A stretch of 64,000 nucleotides of DNA from Mycobacterium sp. (GTDB lineage: Bacteria; Actinomycetota; Actinomycetes; Mycobacteriales; Mycobacteriaceae): NCBI GenBank assembly GCA_044342925.1, contig JBIIOV010000001.1; one strand, written 5' to 3'. The notes beneath the pieces are model-generated. The model did no database searches. It had not been told where the DNA came from and saw nothing but the letters and a program-made list of their open reading frames with translations. A program made the position numbers and the translations under genes. Positions 40,017 to 49,789 of this stretch are shown piece by piece. Every line of letters begins with the position of its first letter. Position 1 is the first letter of the stretch.

Positions 40017-40451
40017 CTACCGCCAGCTCAGCTCTATCCCGGTGCTGGCCAGCCAGGCGTTGAGATCGTGGTCGTGGGCGGCCAGGCCGTCGACGGCGGC
40101 GACCGCACACCGCAATGCCTGTTCGGCGGTCTCGCTGCTGAGCAGTCCCATCCGGTGTGCGTCGAGCAGTTCGTCGACGTCGACCAGCTCGGTACCCCGG
40201 CCGGTGCGCACCACCAGGTCGAGGTAGTGATCCTCGGTCTGCCAGCGCTGCGGGCCGGAATTGATCAGTCCGACGTCGAGGTAGTAGTCCTGATCCCGCT
40301 CGTGGCCGGGGTTGAAATGAAAGACGTTGGCGCGCAGTCCCAGCGCGGGTAGCAGCCACGATTCCAGGTAGTGGAACTGCACCCGACCAGGTGTGGGGCG
40401 GGCCATGTAGAGGCCCCAGGGCTGCAGGCAGTACTCGTCGACCGCGCGCAC
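40017..40451 (-). CDS. DUF402-like protein (Rv1632c-like); true start uncertain
   Basis: 144-aa ORF from GTG 40451. Coding-looking sequence (THIHPPKHETFDLLARTNTDPKGVV) continues in frame upstream to about 40529, with no ATG/GTG/TTG. Confidence 0.6.
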   Translation of the reverse strand: MRAVDEYCLQPWGLYMARPTPGRVQFHYLESWLLPALGLRANVFHFNPGHERDQDYYLDVGLINSGPQRWQTEDHYLDLVVRTGRGTELVDVDELLDAHRMGLLSSETAEQALRCAVAAVDGLAAHDHDLNAWLASTGIELSWR

Positions 40452-40540
40452 GACACCCTTGGGGTCGGTGTTGGTACGGGCGAGCAGGTCGAAGGTCTCG
40501 TGCTTGGGCGGGTGGATGTGCGTCAGCGTACGAGCCTGTG

Positions 40541-42463
40541 TCAGGGCTGGGTGTCGGACTCGGTGTCGACGTCGCTGGCAAGCACGGTTTCGGCGTCGTC
40601 CGCGGCTGCCTCCGACGAATCGGCTCCGGTGTTGACCTTCCAGTTGGCCCGCAGGTTGGGGAAGGCCGCGATCGCCAGCGGAATGGTGTCGAAGAACCGT
40701 GAGCGGCCGAGCAGTTCGGCGAACCCGCCGCCCTGGAAGGCCTTCAGCGTTCTGCCCTGCTGCACCACGACCAGGAACGGCACGTCACGCAGTTCGGCGA
40801 TATGGGCGACGTCGGACAGCGCCTCGAACCCGGTGAAGTCGATGTCGTCGATGCGTCGGGCATCGAGCACCAGCAGGTCGACGACGTCCTCGTCGTCCGG
40901 TTCGTCGTCGCCGTCCGGATTCTCGTTGGTCTCCGGCAGCGCGTCGATCAGCTGCATCCGGAACCAGTTGGCATTGCCGAACCACAGCGGACCGTTCAGC
41001 GCGAAGGCGGCGACGCCGGGAACCGCCTCGCAGCGCTGGTCGCTCAGCGGTAACCAGGTGCCCTGCGGCGAGCGTCCCAGCCGCAGCAGTTCCGGACGCG
41101 CGGTGCGGGAGGCCTGGTAGATGAAGGACACCAGCGCCGCAAGCAGCACGCCGTAGACGATGCCCATCAGCACCGTGCCCGTCATCGCGATCAGCATGAG
41201 GGCCCAGGCTTTCCAGGAATACAGCCGGGTTGCCCTCATCTGGTCGACGCGGAAGATCCGCAGCGCGATGTAGATCAGCACCGCCGACAACGTCGCGGAC
41301 GGCAGATTCTCGATGACTTGGCTGAAGAACAGCATCGTCACGGCGATGACAGAGGCGATCAGCGAGGCCATCTGACTGCGGGCGCGGGACTCGGCGATGA
41401 TCGTGGTCGACGGCGGACTGGCGTTGATGGCGAAGGACCCGACGAAGCTCGATGCGATATTGGCCATCCCGAGCGCCCGGAAATCCGCGTTGATGTCGGT
41501 GTCGAATCCGCCGATGTTGGCCGCCGACCGCGTGGTGGCCGCGGTCTGCGCCAGGCAGAACATCGAGACGACCAACGCGGTGGTCACCACCGCCTCCAGG
41601 GAATCCAGGGAGAACGGCGGAAGCTGCACTGACGGCAACCCGCGGCTCAGTGGTCCGAGAACCGCAACCCCGAGGTCTTTGAGGTGGAACACCGTCATCG
41701 AGATGATGGACAGTGCCAGCACGATCAGGGCACCGGGAATACGGCGATTGATCCGGGCGATTCCCAACAGCAGCACCAGGGAGGTCAGTCCGAGGACCAG
41801 TGTGGGCATGTTGGTCTGGGGCAGCTGTTCGATGAGATGCCTGATTTTGGCCAGAGTTCGCCCGTTGCCCGCCTCGACCCCCAACAAGCCGGGCAGCTGG
41901 TTGACGATGATGATCACCGCGATCCCGCCGAAGAATCCGATCATCACCGGGCGGGAGAGGAAATCGCCCACCCAGCCCAACCTGCCCACACCGACGAGCA
42001 ACGTGAACATGCCGACCAGGAAGGTGGCCACCACCGCCAAGCCGATGTATCGCTGGCTTTCCGCCACCGCGCCCAACGACAGCAGGCCAGCGGCCAGGAT
42101 GGGAGCGACGCTGCTGTCCACACCCATGGCCAGATGGCGGTTGGTGGACACGGCCGCGGCGACGATCGTCGCCACGACGAACCCGTACAGACCCGTGATC
42201 GGGGGCATGCCGGCCAGATGAGCGGTTGCCAGCTGACCCGGCATGGTCACCGCCGCGAAGGTCACGCCGGCCGCCAGGTCCCTGGTCAGCCAGTGGCGAC
42301 GATAGCCACGAAGAGTGGGGAAGAGACGAAAGTCTTCCCTGAGCTGATTCGCCAGCGTGTTCGTTACCGTGCGAACTTCCACCACGAGAGCGTAGTGAGC
42401 AGCGGGCCGCGACATGCCGGGATCGGCTATATCCGGTTCAGAGTCCGTTAACGGTGTGTTCAC
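40541..42463 (-). CDS. SulP-family anion transporter with C-terminal STAS domain
   Basis: 640-aa polytopic [26 protein letters not shown] is a SulP signature region. STAS region: [19 protein letters not shown]. An alternative start at ATG 42415 is possible. Confidence 0.88.
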   Translation of the reverse strand: MNTPLTDSEPDIADPGMSRPAAHYALVVEVRTVTNTLANQLREDFRLFPTLRGYRRHWLTRDLAAGVTFAAVTMPGQLATAHLAGMPPITGLYGFVVATIVAAAVSTNRHLAMGVDSSVAPILAAGLLSLGAVAESQRYIGLAVVATFLVGMFTLLVGVGRLGWVGDFLSRPVMIGFFGGIAVIIIVNQLPGLLGVEAGNGRTLAKIRHLIEQLPQTNMPTLVLGLTSLVLLLGIARINRRIPGALIVLALSIISMTVFHLKDLGVAVLGPLSRGLPSVQLPPFSLDSLEAVVTTALVVSMFCLAQTAATTRSAANIGGFDTDINADFRALGMANIASSFVGSFAINASPPSTTIIAESRARSQMASLIASVIAVTMLFFSQVIENLPSATLSAVLIYIALRIFRVDQMRATRLYSWKAWALMLIAMTGTVLMGIVYGVLLAALVSFIYQASRTARPELLRLGRSPQGTWLPLSDQRCEAVPGVAAFALNGPLWFGNANWFRMQLIDALPETNENPDGDDEPDDEDVVDLLVLDARRIDDIDFTGFEALSDVAHIAELRDVPFLVVVQQGRTLKAFQGGGFAELLGRSRFFDTIPLAIAAFPNLRANWKVNTGADSSEAAADDAETVLASDVDTESDTQP

Positions 42464-42487
42464 CGGAGGCCGCCGCTAGCCATCCTA

Positions 42488-42509
42488 TGTCGGGGGGCAC
42501 AACTAATCT
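42488..42509 (+). promoter_or_regulatory. RecA-NDp / PafBC-type DNA-damage promoter of uvrB
   Basis: TGTCGGGG - 8 nt - TAATCT matches the published tTGTCRgtg-N8-TAnnnT motif. The -10 ends 7 nt before the uvrB ATG 42517, implying a leaderless mRNA. Confidence 0.65.
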
Positions 42510-42516
42510 GGTCACC

Positions 42517-44703
42517 ATGGCTTTCGCCACCGAACGTCCCGCAGAGGAGCTCGTCCTCGCCCATTCCGAATACCGGGCGGTCGACGACGTGGTGCGCACC
42601 GGCGCGCGATTCGAGGTGGTCAGTCCGCACCAGCCCGCCGGCGATCAGCCCGCCGCCATCGACGAGCTGGAACGCCGGGTCCGGGCGGGGGAGCGGGACG
42701 TGGTCCTGCTGGGCGCCACCGGAACCGGCAAGTCGGCGACCACGGCCTGGCTGATCGAGCGTCTGCAGCGGCCCACCTTGGTGATGGCGCCGAACAAGAC
42801 GCTGGCCGCCCAGCTGGCCAACGAACTGCGCGAGATGTTCCCGCACAACGCCGTGGAGTACTTCGTCTCGTACTACGACTACTACCAGCCCGAGGCGTAC
42901 ATCGCCCAGACCGATACCTACATCGAGAAGGACAGCTCGATCAACGACGACGTCGAGCGGCTGCGGCACTCGGCGACGTCGGCGCTGCTGTCCCGGCGCG
43001 ACGTGGTGGTGGTCGCCTCGGTGTCGTGCATCTACGGCCTCGGCACGCCGCAGTCCTATCTGGATCGCTCGGTGGAGTTGCAGGTCGGCACCGAGGTGCC
43101 CAGAGACGGGCTGCTGAGGCTGCTGGTCGATGTCCAGTACGACCGCAACGACGTGTCCTTCACCCGCGGATCCTTCCGGGTGCGCGGTGACACCGTCGAG
43201 ATCATCCCCAGCTACGAGGAACTGGCCGTGCGCATCGAGTTCTTCGGCGACGAGATCGAGGCGCTCTACTACCTGCACCCGCTCACCGGCGACGTGATCC
43301 GCAAGGTCGATTCACTGCGGATCTTCCCGGCCACCCACTACGTCGCGGGTCCGGATCGGATGGCGGCGGCCATCACCTCGATCGAGGACGAACTGGCCGC
43401 ACGGCTGGCCGAACTGGAACGGCAGGGCAAACTCCTTGAAGCACAACGTCTTCGGATGCGCACCAACTACGACATCGAGATGATGCGCCAGGTCGGGTTC
43501 TGCTCCGGCATCGAGAACTACTCCCGGCATATCGACGGCCGGCCGGCCGGATCCGCGCCGGCTACCCTGCTCGACTACTTCCCCGAGGACTTTCTGCTCG
43601 TCATCGATGAATCGCATGTCACCGTGCCGCAGATCGGCGGCATGTTCGAGGGCGACATGTCGCGTAAGCGCAACCTGGTGGAATTCGGCTTCCGGCTGCC
43701 TTCGGCGGTGGACAACCGGCCGCTGACCTGGGAGGAGTTCGCCTCGCGGGTCGGGCAGACGGTGTACCTGTCGGCCACCCCGGGCCCCTACGAGCTGGCC
43801 CAGACCGGCGGAGAATTCGTCGAGCAGGTGATCCGTCCGACCGGACTCGTCGACCCGCAGGTCGTCGTGAAACCCACCAAGGGCCAGATCGACGACCTCA
43901 TCGGCGAGATCCGCGTCCGCGCCGAGCGCGACGAACGCGTCCTGGTCACCACACTGACCAAGAAGATGGCCGAGGACCTCACCGACTACCTGCTGGAGAT
44001 GGGCATCCGGGTGCGCTACCTGCACTCTGAGGTGGACACGCTGCGCCGGGTGGAGCTGCTGCGTCAGCTGCGCCTGGGTGAGTACGACGTGCTGATCGGC
44101 ATCAACTTGCTCCGCGAGGGCCTGGACCTGCCCGAGGTGTCGCTGGTGTCCATCCTCGACGCCGACAAGGAAGGCTTCCTGCGCTCCACCCGCAGCCTGA
44201 TCCAGACCATCGGGCGCGCCGCCCGCAACGTCTCCGGCGAAGTGCACATGTACGCCGACAAACTCACCGACTCGATGAAAGAGGCGATCGACGAGACGGA
44301 GCGCCGGCGCGCCAAGCAGATCGCGTACAACACCGATCGCGGCATCGATCCTCAGCCGCTGCGGAAGAAGATCGCCGACATCCTCGACCAGGTGTACCGG
44401 GAAGCCTCGGATACCGAGGCCATCGAGTCGATCCAACCTGCCGGGTCGGGGCGCAACGCCTCCCGGGGGCGCCGCGCCCAGGGCGAGGCGGGCCGCGGCG
44501 TTGCCGCCAGTTCGGGCGTGCGGGACGGACGCGACGTCTCGGCCATGCCGCGGGCTGAACTGGCCGACCTCATCAAAGAACTGACAGCACAGATGATGTC
44601 AGCCGCGCGCGACCTTCAGTTCGAGCTTGCCGCGCGGTTGCGCGACGAGATCGCAGACCTGAAGAAGGAGCTTCGGGGAATGGACGCCGCCGGCCTGAAG
44701 TAG
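42517..44703 (+). CDS. uvrB: Excinuclease ABC subunit B
   Basis: ATG 42517 lies within track ORF 42454..44703. [10 protein letters not shown], the beta-hairpin region, DESHVTVPQ, helicase motifs and the C-terminal UVR domain [20 protein letters not shown] are present. Confidence 0.97.
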   Translation: MAFATERPAEELVLAHSEYRAVDDVVRTGARFEVVSPHQPAGDQPAAIDELERRVRAGERDVVLLGATGTGKSATTAWLIERLQRPTLVMAPNKTLAAQLANELREMFPHNAVEYFVSYYDYYQPEAYIAQTDTYIEKDSSINDDVERLRHSATSALLSRRDVVVVASVSCIYGLGTPQSYLDRSVELQVGTEVPRDGLLRLLVDVQYDRNDVSFTRGSFRVRGDTVEIIPSYEELAVRIEFFGDEIEALYYLHPLTGDVIRKVDSLRIFPATHYVAGPDRMAAAITSIEDELAARLAELERQGKLLEAQRLRMRTNYDIEMMRQVGFCSGIENYSRHIDGRPAGSAPATLLDYFPEDFLLVIDESHVTVPQIGGMFEGDMSRKRNLVEFGFRLPSAVDNRPLTWEEFASRVGQTVYLSATPGPYELAQTGGEFVEQVIRPTGLVDPQVVVKPTKGQIDDLIGEIRVRAERDERVLVTTLTKKMAEDLTDYLLEMGIRVRYLHSEVDTLRRVELLRQLRLGEYDVLIGINLLREGLDLPEVSLVSILDADKEGFLRSTRSLIQTIGRAARNVSGEVHMYADKLTDSMKEAIDETERRRAKQIAYNTDRGIDPQPLRKKIADILDQVYREASDTEAIESIQPAGSGRNASRGRRAQGEAGRGVAASSGVRDGRDVSAMPRAELADLIKELTAQMMSAARDLQFELAARLRDEIADLKKELRGMDAAGLK

Positions 44704-44852
44704 CAGGCAGGTCGGCTGTTTTCGGCCCCTGGCATAACCGCGCCGCCACCGCTTGGCCACGGTTCGGTAACCCCCCGATTTGTGACCCGAAACCCGTCTT
44801 ACACGTCTGTAGTTTCGGTGCAGACCCCAACACGGAACGGGAAAGAAAAACC

Positions 44853-45587
44853 ATGGCAAGGACCAGCACTGGGCTCACCTTCACAGTCGTCGTCGGCGCG
44901 GGATTGTTCGGAGCAGTCATGGCCTCGACCCCCGGCGCGGCGGCCTCGCCGCTCAAGACGGGTGGCTACGCTTGCATCGAGCAGGCTGCGGGCGCTGCGG
45001 CGGCACCGGCGGACGGTCCGGTGGCCGGCGCGGCCGGTGCCGCAGCCGCCGGCGCGTGCGGTCCGGCCGCCGCCGTGGCTGATATGGCCGGTGTGCCGAT
45101 GACGCTGCCCGGCCCGCTGCCCGTGGCCGCAGCGGTGCCGGTGGGTGGTGCGGTCGGCGCACCTGTTCCGGTTGGCGCTCCCATTCCGGTTGGCGCTCCC
45201 ATTCCGGTGGGCGCTCCCATTCCGGTTGGCGCTCCCATTCCAGTCGGCGCACCTGTTCCGGTGGGCGCTCCCATTCCAGTCGGCGCACCTGTTCCGGTGG
45301 GCGCTCCCATTCCAGTCGGCGCACCTGTTCCGGTGGGCGCACCTGTTCCGGTGGGCGCACCTGTTCCGGTGGGCGCTCCCATTCCGGTTGGTGCTCCGGT
45401 GCCGGTCGGCGCCGCGGGCGCTGTGCCCCTTCCGGTCGGCGCCGCCGCGGTGGGCGCTCCGGTACCGGTCGGTGGTGCTCCGATCATCGATATGGCGGGT
45501 GCCGGCGGCAAGGGTGCGATGACCGGCCCGTTGCCGGCCGGCGCGCCCGTGCCGGGCCAGCCGATCATCCCCGGCCCGGCGGGTTGA
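44853..45587 (+). CDS. Secreted Ala/Pro/Gly-rich protein with 14 tandem hexapeptide repeats (A-P-V/I-P-V-G)
   Basis: 244-aa ORF. Signal peptide TFTVVVGAGLFGAVMASTPGAAAS. The repeat block occupies the middle. GGGAAAG lies upstream of the ATG. Confidence 0.7.
   Translation: MARTSTGLTFTVVVGAGLFGAVMASTPGAAASPLKTGGYACIEQAAGAAAAPADGPVAGAAGAAAAGACGPAAAVADMAGVPMTLPGPLPVAAAVPVGGAVGAPVPVGAPIPVGAPIPVGAPIPVGAPIPVGAPVPVGAPIPVGAPVPVGAPIPVGAPVPVGAPVPVGAPVPVGAPIPVGAPVPVGAAGAVPLPVGAAAVGAPVPVGGAPIIDMAGAGGKGAMTGPLPAGAPVPGQPIIPGPAG
45159..45410 (+). repeat. 18-bp tandem repeat x14 (two unit types; partly organised as 36-bp higher-order repeats) inside the CDS
   Basis: Units gcacctgttccggtgggc (APVPVG) and gctcccattccggttggc / gctcccattccagtcggc (APIPVG) alternate. 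252 bp = 14 x 18. Confidence 0.93.
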
Positions 45588-45647
45588 TACCGATCTGACC
45601 AGCGATCTGACCCCCGAAATCTGTCAATGGGACTGGGAGTGGGAACC

Positions 45648-46523
45648 ATGCGCACGCTGATGCGGAGTGTTGTTGCGGCGGCCACCATCGCCGTGAGTGT
45701 GTTCGTGGCTCCGGCCGGCACCGCCCAGGCGAGCGCCCAATCTCGAACACTCGGCCAGGCCTACCGGTCGTCCGGCTCGGCCGTCGCGTCGGTCCTGCCC
45801 GGCCCCGGCGACGTCGTGGGTGTGGCGCACCCGGTGGTGGTGGCATTCGCTGCACCGGTCGCCGACCGGCCCGCGGCCGAGCGAGCCCTGGACCTCACAT
45901 CCACCCCCGCCATGACGGGAAAGTTCGAGTGGCTCGACACCACCACCGTGCAGTGGGTCCCGGATGGGTTCTGGCCGGCGCACAGCACAGTGGCGCTGTC
46001 CGTGGGCGGCCGCCCGACGACGTTCGCGACGGGTCCCAAAGTCGTCGGCGTCGCCAGCATCTCCGACCACACGTTCACCGTCACCATCGACGGCGTCCAT
46101 GCCGGCCCACCGACGTCGCTGCCCGCGCCGCATCACCGCCCGCGCTGGGGACAGGCAGGAGTGTTCCCGGCGACGATGGGCAGGCCGCAGTATCCGACGC
46201 CCGTCGGCATCTACACCGTGCTGGCCAAGGAACGTTCGGTGGTGATGGATTCCAGCACTGTCGGTATCCCGGTGAACAGCCCTGACGGGTATCACCTCGA
46301 CGTCGACCACGCCGTCCGGTTCACCAGCCGTGGGCTTTTCGTGCACGCGGCGCCCTGGGCGGTCAATTCGATGGGCAATGACAATGTCAGCCACGGCTGC
46401 ATCAGCCTCAGCCCCGAGGATGCCGAGTGGTACTTCAACACGGTCAACGTCGGTGACCCGGTGATCGTGCGGGAGAACAGCCTCGAGGTGCCGTCTGAGC
46501 CGAGGATGGGAATCGCCTACTAA
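45648..46523 (+). CDS. L,D-transpeptidase (YkuD domain)
   Basis: Signal peptide MRTLMRSVVAAATIAVSVFVAPAGTAQA. Catalytic motif VSHGCISLSPEDAEW. Ig-like N-terminal domain. The track ORF starts at 45627. Confidence 0.85.
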   Translation: MRTLMRSVVAAATIAVSVFVAPAGTAQASAQSRTLGQAYRSSGSAVASVLPGPGDVVGVAHPVVVAFAAPVADRPAAERALDLTSTPAMTGKFEWLDTTTVQWVPDGFWPAHSTVALSVGGRPTTFATGPKVVGVASISDHTFTVTIDGVHAGPPTSLPAPHHRPRWGQAGVFPATMGRPQYPTPVGIYTVLAKERSVVMDSSTVGIPVNSPDGYHLDVDHAVRFTSRGLFVHAAPWAVNSMGNDNVSHGCISLSPEDAEWYFNTVNVGDPVIVRENSLEVPSEPRMGIAY

Positions 46524-46813
46524 GGACCGGCTTTTCGGCCGTGGCCTGCTCGGCACCCTTTGGACATCGCCAGCGCCGGCCGCTGGCCGAGCGCTGGCGC
46601 CCACACCGCGATATGCCCGTCCCGCAACCTCTTTCGTTGAATACCGGTCAGCCGGCCGCCGTGAGCGGCGGGGCCGACCCGCGATGGTGACGCCGGTGTC
46701 GGGCATCAGTCAGGACGGCGCCACGCCAGGTGTGGGCCAATCCCGCACTGTCGGCACCGAGGAGGCATTACTGTTTGCGCTTGGCGCTGCAACTTCAGTA
46801 CTGGAGGATACCA

Positions 46814-47260
46814 ATGGGCGGTTATAACACCGTGGTTGTCGGAACAGATGGTTCGGCTTCGTCGCTGATCGCGGTTGATCGTGCGGGCCAACTGGCTTCC
46901 GGCCCGGATGCGAAGGTCATCGTGGCGACCGCCTACCTGCCCGCTCCCGAGGACACGAAGGCGGCGGACATAATGCGGGACGAGGGCTACAAGGTGGTGG
47001 GCACGGCCCCCATCTACGACATCCTCCGCGATGCCAGTGAACGGGCCAAGGCCGCCGGAGCCGTCAACGTCGAGGAGCGTGCCATCGAGGGTGCCCCCGT
47101 CGACGCTCTGGTCGACCTCGCCAACGAGGTGGGCGCCGACATCCTGGTCGTCGGCAACGTCGGCCTGAACACCATCGCCGGCCGGTTGCTCGGATCTGTG
47201 CCCGCCAACGTAGCGCGCAAGTCCAAGACCGACGTGCTCATCGTCCACACGACCCCGTAG
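46814..47260 (+). CDS. Universal stress protein (Rv1636-like, cAMP-binding USP type)
   Basis: ATG 46814 follows GGAGGA. TVVVGTDGSASS...LVVGNVGLNTIAGRLLGSVPANVARKSKTDVLIVHT. Confidence 0.92.
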   Translation: MGGYNTVVVGTDGSASSLIAVDRAGQLASGPDAKVIVATAYLPAPEDTKAADIMRDEGYKVVGTAPIYDILRDASERAKAAGAVNVEERAIEGAPVDALVDLANEVGADILVVGNVGLNTIAGRLLGSVPANVARKSKTDVLIVHTTP

Positions 47261-47285
47261 GCCGCCACCGGCTCTGCTGCCGCCC

Positions 47286-48302
47286 GTGGAAGCCCCGACC
47301 GTCCGTACCCGGCTGTGGTCAGACGGGCGTCTGGAGGCGCGGGACTTCCCGCTGGAGCGCCTCGCGGAGCATGTCCGCACCGAGGGGGCTCTGGTGTGGG
47401 TCGACCTGCTCAATCCGTCGCCCGCGACGCTCGACGTGCTGGCTGGTCAACTCGGCTTCGATCCTCGTGCCGTCGAGGACATCGTGGAGCATGGTGGGCG
47501 CACCAAGGCCACCCGATACGCCACCCACACCGTCCTGAACGTCTACGCGACGGCGCTGGGACCGCAGGTGCCCGGATCGCTCGAGTCCCGCTTATTGACC
47601 GCCCGGGTGTCGATCTTCGCGATGCCGGCCGCGGTGGTGACTGTTCGGCTCGAAAATGACTCCGCGCGAACGGTGTTCGACATCGACGAGGTGGTGCGGC
47701 GCTGGGACGACAACTCCGACCTGCTGCGCATGGGCAGCGCGGCGTTGTTGCACGGCGTTCTGGACGTGGTGGTCGACGAACAGTTCGACACCATCCAGCA
47801 ACTCGACGACACCATCGAGTCGCTGGAGGACGTGTTGTTCGGCGACCGCTCCCAGACGCGGCAGCTGCAACGCGACACCTACCGCGTGCGTAAGGAGCTC
47901 GTCGAGTTGCGCCGCATCGTCCTGCCCATGCGGGAGGTGATGAACACGGTCATGCGGCGCAGCTCACCGGGCACCGGCACCGGTGAGTTCGACGGTTGGT
48001 ACGCCGACCTCTACGACGACGTCATCCGGGCCGCCGAGTGGACGGAGTCCCTGCGCGACATGATCACCACCGTCTTCGAGACCAACCTGTCGCTGCAGGA
48101 TGCCCGCCTCAACACGATCATGAAGAAGCTCACCGGGTGGGCGGGCATCATCGCGGTGCCGACCCTGGTCACCGGCTGGTTCGGGCAGAACGTGCCCTAC
48201 CCGGGCTTCGGTCAGATCTCCGGCGTGGTGGCCAGTGCGCTGGTGTCCATCCTCACCGCCGCGGCGCTCTTCGTCGCTTTCCGCCGCCGCGACTGGCTTT
48301 AG
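47286..48302 (+). CDS. CorA-family divalent cation transporter homolog with GQN in place of GMN
   Basis: 338 aa. Cytoplasmic funnel domain plus two C-terminal TM helices. The signature position reads TGWFGQNVPYPGF. Confidence 0.8.
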   Translation: MEAPTVRTRLWSDGRLEARDFPLERLAEHVRTEGALVWVDLLNPSPATLDVLAGQLGFDPRAVEDIVEHGGRTKATRYATHTVLNVYATALGPQVPGSLESRLLTARVSIFAMPAAVVTVRLENDSARTVFDIDEVVRRWDDNSDLLRMGSAALLHGVLDVVVDEQFDTIQQLDDTIESLEDVLFGDRSQTRQLQRDTYRVRKELVELRRIVLPMREVMNTVMRRSSPGTGTGEFDGWYADLYDDVIRAAEWTESLRDMITTVFETNLSLQDARLNTIMKKLTGWAGIIAVPTLVTGWFGQNVPYPGFGQISGVVASALVSILTAAALFVAFRRRDWL

Positions 48303-48760
48303 AGGTTCGGCTGGGACACGTCCCCGCGCCAGCCGCCGGTCTCCATCGGCCGCTCTTCGATGAACTTCTTGAACCGTTGCAGGTCGCCGTGTACCCGGGC
48401 CTTGAGGATGCCGAGCTTGTCGGCGACGTTCTCCAAGAACCCGTCCGGGTCGATCTCCATCTGCGTGGTCACCCGGGTGTGGTTCTCATCGAGCTGTTGG
48501 AAGGTGACGACGCCGGCGTGCTGGGGACCTGAATCGGAGCGCCAGGCTACCCGCTCATCGGGGTGTTGCTCGGTGATGGTGGCGTCGAATTCCCGGGTGG
48601 CCGGGCCGACTTTCACCCGCCAGTGGACGTGGGTGTCATCGCGCTGGCGGATCTCCTCGACGCCTTCCATGAAGTGCGGGAACGTCTCGAACTGCGTCCA
48701 CTGGTTGTAGACCGTGCGGACCGGGCGGTCCACATCGATGGATGCGGTGGTGGTGCTCAT
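48299..48760 (-). CDS. SRPBCC (polyketide cyclase/dehydrase-like) protein
   Basis: ATG 48760 follows GGAGGA, within track ORF 48299..48886. IDVDRPVRTVYNQWTQFETFPHFMEGV is typical of the family. Confidence 0.8.
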   Translation of the reverse strand: MSTTTASIDVDRPVRTVYNQWTQFETFPHFMEGVEEIRQRDDTHVHWRVKVGPATREFDATITEQHPDERVAWRSDSGPQHAGVVTFQQLDENHTRVTTQMEIDPDGFLENVADKLGILKARVHGDLQRFKKFIEERPMETGGWRGDVSQPNL

Positions 48761-48889
48761 GCCAATTTCCTCCTGGGATTCGGGTGTCTTCCACCCTCGG
48801 CTACCCATCTGGAGCGCGCGGGACACCCGTCCACCGAAACAGGGGACGTGACTATGGCGCGGCGCCGGGAGAATGGATAGCATCAATTC

Positions 48890-49369
48890 ATGAAGCTAAA
48901 TTCACTGTTTCGAACGCGCTCATCAGCGACGCTCATGATCGCCGGGCTGGCCGCCGCCGGACTGGTGCACGCACCGACTGCTGCAGCCGACACCACTGAC
49001 CTGGGCAGCCAGGCGGACGTGGATGTCGTCGACATCGAGATCGAACAGCACTGGACGGTGAGCAACCTGCAACCCAGTACCGACGCCATTCCGTACCGGC
49101 CGGTGGGTGCCTTGTGGGAGGCGACTGTGGACGCGGAACTGCCGCACGGTGGGATTCCCATGATCACCGGTTTCGTCGCGCGCACCGACTCGGTCAGCTA
49201 TCCGGTGTTGTGGGGTGTGGCGGCGCCGATGGGCGTTCCGCCGGCAGCGCTGCCGCCGGGCGGCACGACGAGCGGCAAGTTGTACTTCGACGTGACCGGG
49301 CCGCCTCCGGACAGCGTCGCCTACACCGCCGACGGCGCCGATCTCGCCGTCTGGACGACGGGCGGGTGA
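48890..49369 (+). CDS. MPT63/MPB63-like secreted protein (DUF1942)
   Basis: Signal peptide. WTVSNLQPSTDAIPYRPVGALWEATV...SGKLYFDVTGPPPDSV resembles MPT63 (VSDLKSS...VWEATATV...GKIYFDVTGP) as I remember it. Confidence 0.75.
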   Translation: MKLNSLFRTRSSATLMIAGLAAAGLVHAPTAAADTTDLGSQADVDVVDIEIEQHWTVSNLQPSTDAIPYRPVGALWEATVDAELPHGGIPMITGFVARTDSVSYPVLWGVAAPMGVPPAALPPGGTTSGKLYFDVTGPPPDSVAYTADGADLAVWTTGG

Positions 49370-49421
49370 ACGCGCCGCCGAAGGGGTGATGGGCCGTCAC
49401 CGAGGCCCGTAGGCTCTGCCG

Positions 49422-49780
49422 ATGGCCTACCCGGACATCGACGGCATCGCCGAGCATCTGCGTTCACTGGGGCTCGACGAAGTCCGTACGCAGATCGCCG
49501 GGCACGGTGTGGTGGAGTCCTGCGCGGCGGCCGACCGGGCAGCCGGGTGATGGCGCTCGCGTGCCGACACCGATGCGCTGCCGGTCCGGGAGTCCTCGGG
49601 CGTCGATTTCGCCTCCACCGTCGTCGACTGAGACCTATCCGGGCGGACCGTTTCCGGTGTCGCATGCGCGGACACGACTGCCACACCGCCATGCTGATGG
49701 GCGCCGCCGAGGTGCTCGCCGGTCTCGACACCTGGGTCACCCGTCGACAGGTTAGACAAACTTCCGGCAAAGGCCTATAG
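49422..49780 (+). pseudogene. M20-family amidohydrolase (aminoacylase/hippurate hydrolase type) remnant with at least 2 frameshifts, truncated
   Basis: Three frames carry consecutive family motifs: IAEHLRSLGLDEVRTQIAGHGVVE, then RADTDALPVRESSGVDFASTVVD, then GHDCHTAMLMGAAEVLAG. Nothing further follows. Confidence 0.6.
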
Positions 49781-49789
49781 GGTCCTGGT

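Noticed and set aside
42464-42516. LexA SOS box (GAAC-N4-GTTC type) upstream of uvrB, and likewise upstream of uvrA and polA
   Set aside because: No such palindrome is present. The RecA-NDp-type motif is present instead at uvrA and uvrB, and only a -10 element at polA.
44966-45721. Alternative-frame and antisense ORFs through the 18-bp repeat (for example 45145..45522 LPFRLALPFR..., and 44966..45721 minus strand)
   Set aside because: These are artefacts of the repeat being open in several frames. Only the 44853..45587 frame has a start with a signal peptide and a sensible non-repeat N- and C-terminus.
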